DNA from: the human T2T-CHM13v2.0 reference genome, Homo sapiens
NCBI RefSeq assembly: GCF_009914755.1
Contig: NC_060942.1
Strand: one strand, 5' to 3'
DNA: 64,000 nucleotides
A program made the position numbers and the translations under genes. The notes under the pieces were generated by a model. It was not told where the DNA came from. It saw nothing but the letters and a program-made list of their open reading frames with translations, and did no database searches. Shown one piece after another: positions 53,030-64,000 of the stretch (position 1 is its first letter; each line of letters starts with the position of its first letter).

Positions 53030-53670
53030 TCCTTTGCTCTTGTTGTTTCCTCCACGAAGACACTTTTTCTCTATTCCTATCAATCAATTTCCATTCTCAC
53101 CCTTCAATACCCAAATGCAAATGTCATGAACTCAGTAAACTGCACAATCAAGCTCCTATATTTTGCTTAAAGAAACTTATGTCTAGGGCTTGTTGAGATC
53201 AAGATGCTTAAGCTGATGTTCAAAAAGCAATTAAACCATGGATTTGTTATTTTCTTTTCAAGAAAAAGTCTATCTTGAAGACAAATGTTTGAAAGCCATC
53301 TACGTACACTTGATGAACTTGCATGAGGCAGTAGATCTGTCAGGGAGATTTTAGAGCATTCAGCAAATATGCTGTATGCAGTGCCTTTCCATTGCATACA
53401 ATATAAAGTCCAAACTCCTGAATTGGCCACGCAAAACCTAGGATTTCTGGCCCCAATTTAATTTCCAAACCTCCTTGTTATTTTTTTAACTGAAGATCTG
53501 AATTCATCAGTAGGTTCTTTGTTTTAGAATACTCCTTCTATATATTAAAGATAGTGTATGATTTTTTTGAGAATGTTCTTCTAACTCCTGTCTACATTAA
53601 TCCTATTTGTTTTTTAAGGAACTGCTTATATTTTACCTGTTCTGTGAGGCTACTTCTAACTTCACCACAG
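53030..53670 (+). mobile_element. L2 fragments
   Basis: 'tttgctcttgttgtttcctc', 'ccattgcatacaatataaagtccaaactcctga'; patchy. Confidence 0.5.
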
Positions 53671-54529
53671 TCTCCTCCAACAGGAAACATTAATGTCATT
53701 ATCATATTATGAATGTTATTATTTAGGATCATGGAATTGTTGAACTATATGAGGCTCCATTAATTAGATGAAAGGAGATGAAGAAATTCATCCAAGCTCA
53801 CACAGTTTGTACAAAATTTTGACAGAATTTTGCATCAGCACCTCCATTAGAGATAGGCTCTCTTCTACTAATGAAATCTCTTCCATTTAATGTTTACGTC
53901 TACAGGACTTTCCATTACTAATTAACTTTGTAAGAACATAGGCTTTCTTTCTCTCCTCATCTCAGCTGTAAGCATACTAAATGCCCAGTTCACGTTTTAA
54001 ACTCCTTTTATTTAGCACAATATTTGACAAACTAAGTACTTGGCAGAATAACTTCTGCATAGTATATACTTAAAGCAGTTTTCTTTTATTAAAAAAACAG
54101 TGATTGATATTAAATTTTAGGCTATATCCAAGTTACTTAACAATATCCCTTTACTACTTTTCCACATCTGCTAAACAGTAGAAAAATCTGGATTGCTCCT
54201 ACTTGTTTTCTTGTAGCCTACTTATTTTTACTGTAGTAATTACTGTTTGGGAAGCTTTTGAAGTCTTGGCCAATACCAATTCTGGCAGGTAAAGCATTTT
54301 CAGCTAAAATGTGGAAAATAGATTTAGAATCTCATCTCTGTCAGCACACAGTATTTTAAAACTAATCTATTTGGTTGCATTTTTTTCTCATTTTGTCAAA
54401 CATCAAGGACACACACCAGAAGTCATTTCTCTCCATATTTATTAGATTCTTGCTTTGCTGAATAGAGAAAAATAACATTTAGCTCAGATTATTTATACAC
54501 TATAAAAAACTATAGATTTATTACTTCTA

Positions 54530-54720
54530 TTAATAGTACTAATTACAAGACTTTATGTAGTGTTTCACTGTACACAAATTAATGAAATATTGTATGAAAT
54601 AGCTATTATTAGACCTATTTTACTGGTGAGGAAACTGAGACCAGATGAGTTTCAGTAATTTGCTCAGAAATTCCCAAGCTAGTAAACAAAGCTGGATTAG
54701 AACCCAATTCTGTTGCCTTT
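54530..54720 (-). mobile_element. MIR SINE
   Basis: 'attttactggtgaggaaactgagacc...gctggattagaaccca'. Confidence 0.78.
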
Positions 54721-55156
54721 ATTCCCTGTCCTCTTCCTATTACTTCATGGCCTGTCCTCAATTGGCAAAGCAAGGCCCATTTTTGGCCGTGAAATGAAGA
54801 TAGCCTATAATTGCTGCCAAGGAGGCATATTGAGTAGGATGAACTGAATCTTTCGGTCGCATCAGGTTCTGCTGTGCATGTACGAATTCTGCCAGAATCA
54901 GCTTCTATCATCAAGATGTTCATTTTCTAGAGATGAAATTTAATGGAATGAAATTTCCTATAGCCCATGGTTAGTGGATAGGAAATAAAATAAAAATATT
55001 CTGTGTTGGATAACCTCCACCAAAAGATTGAGAAAATTCTCATAGTCACTACAGGAAAACTTCAATTTGGCTGAACTCAATTCTGAAACACAAAATCTTA
55101 ATTAATGGGAAAAATTAGGGAGAATAGGAGTATGACAGAAAAATAAATGAGCAGTG

Positions 55157-55195
55157 GTGTGTGTGTTTTGTGTGTGTGTGTGTGTGTGTTTGTGT
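55157..55195. repeat. Interrupted (TG)n
   Basis: Read directly from the sequence. Confidence 0.85.
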
Positions 55196-56670
55196 CTAAC
55201 TTATATTCTAAACCTTTCTTTAAGTATTTGCCTCTTTCAAAAAGTTTCCCACTGATCTTAGATATATCATATCCTAGTTGGCTAGATCAATTGAACATTA
55301 TGGAAGCATTTAGGAAAGAGTAGGAAGTACTTAATAATGATTTTCAAGTTTTCTGGCTTGGGACTGTAGGAGAATGGTGGAGGCATTCATTAGCTTTTTT
55401 TTTTTTCTTTAATTTAATTGGTATGACAGGTGTTCATAGTGCAATTTTACAGGAAATAGAGGAGGGAAGGCAGTTATAGGAACCATTATAAATGAGCAAA
55501 AAGCTCAATTCACACATAGGATTGAAAATGAGAAATTCTGGGATATCTTTCTCGATCTTTCATTTTGCAAACTCAGGCACTCTCTTGTCACACAGTAGGA
55601 AAGATGGAGCTGGCACTCTGTCATATTTCCTTTTTTAATTCTTGTGATAAAAATCTCTTCTAGCTTCCTATTTGCCTGTCTTCAGCTGTCCAAGCCTACT
55701 CGAACAGGCTTTATACACTTCCCGGCTTCTGTAATTTAATTATGAGATGTTTGGTGGCTGCCATTCCTTTAAAGAACAAATCCTGCAGCATATCCAACTG
55801 GTGAATTAAAGCTCATATCATAGGCTGCTGACAACAGCAAACTTAGCAACACAAAGATTCTTAGATCTTCTGGTTACCAACCTTATCAAAAGTCATGCTT
55901 GTGTAGGCCTTGACTTCATTATTCCATGAGGGAAAGGAAGAAAAGTCAGATAGATGACATTTTTTTTGTTTCTTTTCTGCCTCCATGAAGTCTTCCTAGA
56001 TATATTAAGAAGATACTGATACATTTCTGTGTCTCTGGCTTTTCTCCTTGCTATTCCCCTATGTCCCCATTCTAAAAATGTGCTTTCCCTGAATATGTTT
56101 TTCATATATAATCCTCATTTATTTGTGTAGTATCAAAACTCATTTGTGCATATGGGTTTATCAGCAGCAAAAATGTAATGCTAAGCTGGGTCTGCCCCTG
56201 GGGTCACTTGATGTTTACTTATCTAATGCAAACTAATTTCATTGTTTGTCCAAGAAAAACATGTCTAAAAAGGAAAATCTGTAATTAAAACATTCTCACA
56301 GGCATTCCAAAGTTGAATGGGAACTAAGAGCATACAATATATTGGTTTAGATGATCAGAACCATTTCCCCTTTCTATCAAGACAACTAATATAGCACTAT
56401 GTTTATTTTTCTTTAGGATGTTTCAACTACCCCCAAAACTGCCAAAACCCAAAATTTATCCTGGAGTACAACAAATATTTCCACAATGTCTTCTACATCC
56501 TACTATTGTGACTGGTAATATATAAATGTAGCATACTATATATATTAGGTCATGCCCCTTTAATATTCATAATAAATAGAAAATGAGAACTTTAAAAACA
56601 AATTTTCTTTTTTGTTATTTTCTTTATTCCGGGTGTCCTGCATTTTTATGTGCCCAGTATGGCAATTCTC

Positions 56671-56817
56671 TTTATTTATTTTATTTATTTATTTTTTATA
56701 GAGATGTGGGTCTCCCTGTGTTGCCCAGTCTGGTCTCGAACACCTGGGCTCAAGGGATTCTCCCACCTCAGCCTCTCAAAGTGTTGGGATTACAGGCATG
56801 AACCATCATGCCCAGCT
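56671..56817 (-). mobile_element. FLAM (free left Alu monomer)
   Basis: Single monomer preceded by a (TTTA)n tail. Confidence 0.9.
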
Positions 56818-56930
56818 TAACCAAATTTTCAATTCACTGATTCTTTAACACTCAAAGCAACTAAAACATCAATTTATTATTATTATTATTATAAAACTTC
56901 TTATTCCTATTTAAAGAAATACATGTTTCA

Positions 56931-57239
56931 GGCTGGGCACGGTGGCTCACACCTGTAGTCCCAGCAATCTGGGAGGCCAAAGAGGGCAGATCACCTGAGG
57001 TCAGGAGTTCGAGGCCAGCCTGGCCAGCATAGTGAAACCCTGTCTCTACTAAAAATACAAAATTTAGCTGGGTGTAGTGGCCCATGCCTGTAATCCCAGC
57101 TTCTAGGGAGGCTGAGGCAGGAGAATTGCTTTAGCCTGGGAGGTGGAGGTTGCAGTGAGGCGAGATCGCGTCACTGCACTCCAGCCTGGGTGACAGAGCA
57201 AGATTCTTTCTCAAAAAAACAAACAAAACAAAAACAAAG
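56931..57239 (+). mobile_element. AluSx-like
   Basis: Full dimer; TSD AAAGAAATACATG(G)TTTC; TT/AAAG insertion site. Confidence 0.96.
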
Positions 57240-57577
57240 AAAGAAATACATGGTTTCTCCTGCTCTCCATGCTCCATTCTGTCCACTTGGCTGTAATTTG
57301 GAGAACAATACTAAGTAGTGGAGATAGGGGAAGAGAGAAAAGGAACAGAGGGAAGGAGACCCAGAGGAGAGAGAGCTGAAGCCGAAGTCTTTGGAGGATT
57401 TTTCAACCTGTGCCACAAAACTGCATTTGAATTTCGATGTCACTTAACCCTCAGAGTCTCAAGAAGGTAGATAACGACCAAAATCTCTATACTATGTGAC
57501 TAAAACCATAGAAACGATCATTATTGCTACATTCGTGTTGTGAGCGAAGTATAAATAAGCTTAAAAACTAGCAATGC

Positions 57578-57639
57578 CAGTGTTACAGCTTTTTTACGAT
57601 TTATCTAGCAAGTTTTCCAGTCTTTATCAGAAACCACCT
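57578..57639 (+). pseudogene. Retroposed U7 snRNA pseudogene (RNU7-like P)
   Basis: CAGTGTTACAGCTTTTTTACGATTTATCTAGCAAGTTTTCCAG... aligns end to end with U7 snRNA (CAGTGTTACAGCTCTTTTAGAATTTGTCTAG...); A-rich tail to 57693; flanking direct repeat AAAAACTAGCAATGCCAG. Confidence 0.9.
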
Positions 57640-59669
57640 CCCAATCCCCCTCAAAACAAACAAACAAATAAACAAACAACAACAACAACAGCAAAAAACT
57701 AGCAATGCCAGCTGTTCCATGAAGTCTGAAGTATGGTTTTCCTGGGTAAATGTTAAGGAATGCTGGCTCTCATTGTTTGGGATGGATGTTCACATGGGCT
57801 TTTTAGAAATCAGCTGACTGCATCATTATATGGATATACAGCTATCTTAATATCTATAAACTATGTTTGGAAAATAAATAAGTTCTTTAGTACTTATCAG
57901 AAAACAGATAACTAGAGGGACTCAGAAGACAATCTCTCTTCTGAAAGTAAATAATATTGTAGAAACACCTTCTAAAATCACCAGTTACAAGTAAAATACA
58001 TTTAAATTTTGGGAGACTACTTTATTTGCTTTCCCAGTTTCTGGGCTATCAATGCTGCACTCATTATATTTAGAGCTCTTTGAGGAATCTTAAGCATGAA
58101 ACATTCTCCATAAAACTAAATTCTATTCTAGCTCATTCAACCTCAAAGGTCATAGTGTGGCTTCCTTCCCTGTAATCATTGCTGTAGAGTAACACACCTG
58201 CTGCGTGGTACTGCAAGGCACAGTCTGGTAGAAAAAAAAAAAAACCTGAATAACAATTCTGGGATTCATAAATGCATCCTCATGATGTTACCCTGCCACC
58301 AGAGGCACAGACAACAGAGATAACCCAGCTGGTGTGACTTACTTTCCAAGGCCATAACCCTAATGCATCCCAGTGGGGGGAAATGAAAAGAGATTTATTA
58401 TTAGTTCTGAGCTAATGCTGATCAATGAGCAAAATGCCATGAAGCTGTAAGCCAAGGCAATATATGTTGTCCAAGAAAAAAATAAAGGAAAGGATGAGGG
58501 GAAAAAAAGCCTGCAATATGCAAGAGAAATACAGGGGAGAATAAAATCTCTTTTGTTATGAAACCATCCCTCATGACCACGAGTGGCGCTACACCATCTG
58601 TTCACGATACTGCGGTTCACAGTGCAAATGCCTGTCATGTACAATAAGCAGTCGAAGCATTAGGAAAAACGGACATTTCCAAGGTAATTTTGCCAATATA
58701 AAGCAAGTTTATCAGCAATCTGCAGACCTCTCTTTTACTTCACATTCACAAGCCTTCGATCTATAAGGGCAAACTCCCTATGGAGCCACATCCTGTTGCT
58801 GAGGGTGTAAAGGACAGAAATTACAGGCCTGAGGGAAGGGGTGAGACAGACATAGAGTGGCAAAAGAGAGATACAGGGAAAGTGGGTATGACCACTAGAG
58901 CCCTGTGGAAATGTATTTAATATATGGCATTCCTATTCACCTTGCTGTGAGATCAGGTTTGCATCTTAATTACCAGCTGGCATTCCCAAAATATTCTTCC
59001 ACCCATGGGGGAACTGTTGTGGAAGATTTTGAGCAGTGGCAATGCTAATGACAAGAGTAAATGTCTTGGAGAGTACGAAATGTGACTGTCATATGCAAGT
59101 GCATACAGCAGCAAGTTGAATGGCCAGGAGAAAGGTTACAACAAAGGAAAAAGTGAAGTGTTCACGGAAACAAAGAATAGGGCTGTAGGAATGCTGAGTC
59201 TGAGAAGATGAAGAAGAACAGGGAGGATGCTAGAAGCAGATCTCGACAAACGGTCTGTTCTTAGTAGAAACCCCGGGTTGCAGGGTAAACAATTTTCCAC
59301 GAAGCAAGAACCAGGAAATGCACTAGATCAGAGGAAGAAGAGAAGGTATGCAAGGACATGGTCACTAACGGAGACCTTGGTAGCTAATGTGGTTCTGTTC
59401 CCTCTCACCTCCCCTTATTTTTCTTTTTCCCTGTTGAGAGGTTGCCCTAAGCAAAATAAGCTAGGAGGCTGACAGCTGATGTCAATTCACAACAGCTGGC
59501 CCGATAGCAACTATGGGTACAGGGGACAAAGAGAGAGAAATCACAGAAGGTGATCCCCTACAAAGGCACTCATACGGTGTAGTATGTTAAAACATAAACG
59601 TTGCTAGCTAATTCCAGGGTTTACTACACACATCACAAACTTGCCTAGAGGTTAAACTTATGCACTAAG

Positions 59670-59830
59670 ATGAACAGGAGTTTGAATCCTAACTCCATCT
59701 CTCGAGAAAACTGTGGCCTTGGGCAAATTACTGAACCTGAAATATCTATACTATAAAGATAACAATAAACACCTTACAGAGATATTTTAAAAATTAAATT
59801 AAATGATCTATATAAAATTCTTACCAGAGT
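59670..59830 (+). mobile_element. MIR SINE
   Basis: 'gagtttgaatcctaactcca..ctgtggccttgggcaaattactgaacct'. Confidence 0.72.
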
Positions 59831-60144
59831 ATGTTCATTTAGACAAATGTTTTTTCTACTAGGTCCACTGTGGGATAAACACTGCCCTAAGCACCAAGGA
59901 TTTGAGACTGGACAAGAAAATCCCTGTCTTCACATTCTGATGCGGACATAAAGTTATCAGTACATAAATATTAGCTTTTATTATTATTTAATGTATCATA
60001 TAAATGAGTATAATTGTTATTTTTATTATTCATTTTTTCCACAGCTATGATGAGAAGCAATGTGCTCAGTTCTATCCAAAGAAATAAAGAGGTGACTCAA
60101 ACAATAAAGACAACTAAATGTTGATGTAAAAGAAAGGCAGCACA

Positions 60145-60240
60145 GAGGAAAGGTGGAAGGAAGGAAGGAAGGGAGGGAGGGAGGGAGAGAGGGAGGGAGG
60201 GGAGGCAGGGAGGGGAGGGGAGGAGAGGGGAGGGGAGGAA
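60145..60240. repeat. Purine-rich (GGAA/GGGA/GGGGA)n tract
   Basis: Read directly from the sequence. Confidence 0.9.
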
Positions 60241-60269
60241 ATGTGGAACTATTAGAAAAACCTTGGTGA

Positions 60270-60299
60270 AGAATGTGATTCTGGAGAATGTGATTCTGG
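60270..60299. repeat. Perfect 15-bp tandem duplication AGAATGTGATTCTGG x2
   Basis: Read directly from the sequence. Confidence 0.9.
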
Positions 60300-61388
60300 A
60301 GACTTTGAGTTCTGGGAAATAGCCTCTTGGAAGGTTGGTGAAATAAAACATGGAACATACTTGGTTGGGAGCTAAAACATGGAAACTAGATATTAGTAGT
60401 AGTGAATCTACCCCACATCAGGAATTTCCTAACTGTAGGTGAGCTTGTTAACATCTCAATTCTCTGATCTATCAAAATCAGTATGATTTGCAGTCAATCC
60501 ATTAGTTATGTGTTGATCCATTGAAACAATAGATGTAAAATGATGGTCAACATGGAAAAACTTATGTTCTAGGTAAACATAAAGTACCAATAATATTCTG
60601 GAATGGTTTTGGGTCATAGAATATTTTAATGGCACAAAATGATTTGGGAAGCTCTGGGGAAACAACTTTATTGTGGTATTATTGTCAGACCACACTGTTC
60701 TGTGAAGTGATTCTTTCTTAATCTTGGGGTAAGATTTGAGGCAGGCCCAAATTTCTATGCTCTGAAATAATCATGCATTATTGCATTTATGAGAATTTTT
60801 TTAAATACTAAGCAAACATCATAATTATGTCTTTTTTATTGCTTTTGCAAAACTATCTTTTTTTCTTTACATAAACACTATGTAATGCAGCTGGGCTGTT
60901 ATTTGTATGTCATTAAATTGTATTTTCTATTAAATTATTGTTTGTTTATATCTGTTTTCCAAATTGAGATTGGTCCATTGTTTTTGGTTTGAGGCAAATG
61001 TTGTCAAGTTATAGAATCTGCCTTGTTTGCTTTTGAGAATTAATTTAAACCTCTTCATTATTTAATGTGATGAATAGTCTATATACTGTATGTAGTACCT
61101 GCTTACTGGAAGTTTAGCATAATTTATCAGTAAAATCATTGGAATTTCTTAGAAGTTTTGATTAGAATAGTTCTTTAAAATTTAATTTCTTTCTCAGTCA
61201 TTTTCATTTTATAATGAGAAATACATATTAATTAGTATATAATCACACATAGCATTTGCTTCATTTATCAGTTGTGCTCACTCCTAATTGCATAAAATTT
61301 TAAATAAATTGCTATAGATTATTTTATTTTGTCTTTTAAAAACTAACATTTAGATAAATTTAATTTTATTCCTGTTCTGAACTCTAAC

Positions 61389-61677
61389 TTTTTTTTTTTT
61401 GACAGGTTCTTGCTCTGTCATCCAGGCTGGAGTACAGTGTTGCAATCACGGCTCACTGCAGCCTCAACCTCCCCAGGCTCAAGCGATCCTCCCACCTCAG
61501 CCTCCTGTAGCTGGAACTATGGCCTGTGCCACCACACTCAGCGAACTTTTGTATTTTTAGTGGAGATGGGGTTTCACAATGTTGCCCAGGTTGGTCTCAA
61601 ACTCCTGGGCTCAAGCGATTCACCCACCTCTGGCTCCCAAATTGCTGGGATTACAGGTGTGAACCAATGCACCCTAA
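61389..61677 (-). mobile_element. AluJ
   Basis: J diagnostics 'ctgcagcctcaacctcc..ggctcaagcgatcctcccacc', 'ctcctgggctcaagcgat'. Confidence 0.93.
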
Positions 61678-62504
61678 TTATTTATTTTTTTAAAGTAATT
61701 TTCATTTTAAAATATATTTTATTTATTAAATAAAATAATCTATAATAATTACTTGTTTTTTATTTTAATAATGAAAATATTTAAAAGCCTTTCCTTCCAT
61801 GAACAGCTTTGGCTATTGTAAATCTTTTTATATTGATTTAATTTTTATTGTTGTGACTAATAATGTAGAATTTTATCATTGTATTTCTATAACTTTTGTT
61901 GTGTATTTATTTTCAGTTTTATTTTTTGTTTGTGTATTTAAATATCGTCATCTGTTTTTAATTTCAAGCATCATGATGATTGTCTTATTTCTGCTTTTTA
62001 AACAAATAGGGCCTCACAGCTTGTGAGACAGGTCAGGATTTGGGCAATTGAAATTGGGTGTAGGAATTGAGCCACATTTGCCTGCAGGTTTCATATACTC
62101 AAAGATTTAAACAAACATACAGAACTGAAGGTAGATTCAAGATTTAGGTTCAGATAAACTGTCAAATTTTGCTGCTTTTTAATGAGAACATAGCTGTGTT
62201 TTCTAAATATCCTTATATATAAGAAAATATACAGCTTAATAAAAATATATCTGCTATTAATGTCCAATTCTATTTCACTAAAGAACTGGCTATTACCTTT
62301 AATCAGTATGGCAAAGGAAAGAAAACCTGTTGTTTTCCAGATCTTCCTGATGTCATCTTAACTTGGAATTGGTTACTCAGTTTGTATGGGAGCTGTTTTT
62401 GCATTGTTTCAAGAACTGTATTTCTGTGCTTTCCTTTTTAGAAATTTATGTGTGTTTTCAAAGTATTCTCTGCTAAGTAATGGAGCTTTTAAGTTCCACG
62501 CTCG

Positions 62505-62599
62505 TTTTTTTTTTTTTTTTTTTTGAGACAGAGTCTCGCTCTGTTGCCCAGGCTGGAGTACAGTGGCGCGATCTCAGCTCACTGCAAGCTTCGCCTCCC
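62505..62599 (-). mobile_element. Severely 5'-truncated AluY-type insert
   Basis: 20-nt poly-T plus ~75 nt of right arm with Y-type 'ctgcaagct'; TSD CCACGCTCGT/CCACACTCGT. Confidence 0.92.
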
Positions 62600-62834
62600 A
62601 CACTCGTCTTTATTTCCACTTGTCTTCTGAACTTGAAATGGCTCTCCCTATCCTGCCTCCATTAGTAATATTTTTATTACTAAAACTTCTCTTCCAGTTT
62701 TTTATTGTTTTTTTCCTTACTGTCCAGAACTATAATGCTCATGGAAGTGTCTTCCAGCTTTATCTTCCAGGTCTCTTGCTTTTTCTCCACGATTTTTATG
62801 ATTTTCATATTTCTTCACCTATTTGCTTTGCTCT

Positions 62835-63204
62835 TGATGTGGTTTGGCTGTTTCCACACCCAAATCTCATCTTGAATTGCATTCCTCATAATCCCGGGTG
62901 TCATAGGAGGGGCATGGTAGGAAATGATTGGATCATGGAAGCTGTTACCTCCATGCTGTTATCGTGATAGATCTCATGAGATCTTAGGATTTTAGAAGGT
63001 GCTCTTACCCCTTCACTCAGCACTTCTCTTTTCTGCTGCTTTGTGAAGAAGGTGCATTGCTTCCCTTTCACCTTCCACCATGATTGTAAGTTTCTGAGGC
63101 CTCCCAAGGCTTCTTGTTAAACTGTGAGTCAATTAAACCTCTTTCCTTTATAAATTACTTAGTTGGGGGAAGTTCTTTATAGCAGTATGAAACAGACTAA
63201 TACA
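62835..63204 (+). mobile_element. THE1D/MSTA-type (ERVL-MaLR) solo LTR
   Basis: TGATGTGGTTTGGCTG...CAGACTAATACA; 'ccaccatgattgtaagtttc.tgaggcctccc'. Confidence 0.9.
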
Positions 63205-64000
63205 GGGATATTTCTACTACTTGTTTTTGCACAGATCTAACTACATCTCAACAGTAATTATCCTCCCCATGCTTCAGCCACTAAATATTTTACGTGGAAA
63301 ACCAAGTTTTATATTTCTCACAGAATTTTGTGCCTTGCAGAAAGATTTCTTAATTGTTCCATATAATACATATGTTCAAGTCGTTATCTCACCTATTGGT
63401 GACTGTTTTACTAGAGACCATATCTTTTGGATATACGTTAGTTCTTTTCTCTTTACACTTGGAAAATTTTTTTTTAATCTGTGTTTTATTTATTTATGTA
63501 TTTTCTTTACTTACCCAGTGTGGCTTAGGTGCAACTTTTGAGCCTGTAGCAAGTTCCTGAGTGGTAAATGGTAAGGTGGGTCTGCCCAAGTGGGTTATAT
63601 AGTGCAAGAGCAAGACAGTCAACAGCCTATCTTTTCACCCGGTTGATGCCTTCCTCTTTCCTAGTCTTCTCTGCCTAAAGGATGGCAAATGCTGGTATGC
63701 TGCCTGCTTCAATGGCAGGAAGGACTCTTCACACATCTTTACCTAACTCACAGCTCCTAAAGAAAGAGGAACATAGATAGCTCAAATAACACTTGCTGAG
63801 CAGAAGCAGCCTCTCCTCTCCTTGCTCCACATATCTCCAGAGGCCATCTCTTCAAATTTTGAATGTTCTTCCTGAGCCTCCTTTCAGCAAATATACATAA
63901 CTACTGAAATAAGCCATTAAGTTAACTAATTAAAAGAGAAAATCCTGATAGCTGCTGAAAAGGCAAATAAAAAAATCAATACCATTCTAATAAAATATAG

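Noticed and set aside
58293-58310. CTCF-like TGCCACCAGAGGCAC (and CCACGAGTGGCGCTA near 58577)
   Set aside because: Each is one base short of the CCASYAGRKGGCRS core spacing; unsupported without ChIP data.

Overview
AT-rich primate (human-like) non-coding nuclear DNA, intergenic or deep-intronic. No credible protein-coding gene: the ORF track is Alu/LTR/L1/simple-repeat read-through or chance ORFs. The window is a layered fossil record of mobile elements: 8 Alus plus 2 FLAM monomers, solo LTRs (MLT2, THE1 x2, MLT1A/B/C, MER34-like, LTR16/33-like), old L1 and L2 fragments, MIRs, a Tigger3a-like MITE and MADE1 (one full, one half), plus microsatellites. Best non-obvious items: an L1-retroposed U7 snRNA pseudogene with perfect TSD (57578-57639), a MADE1 palindrome with a symmetric compensatory substitution in both TIRs, an unexplained 54-bp direct repeat 627 bp apart beside a Z-DNA-prone (CA)n tract, a close head-to-head FLAM/Alu inverted pair and several isolated splice-site pairs (candidate micro-exons). 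I found no evidence for a novel multi-gene system. Repeat family names come from remembered consensus sequences, not a database search; boundaries of old elements are approximate.
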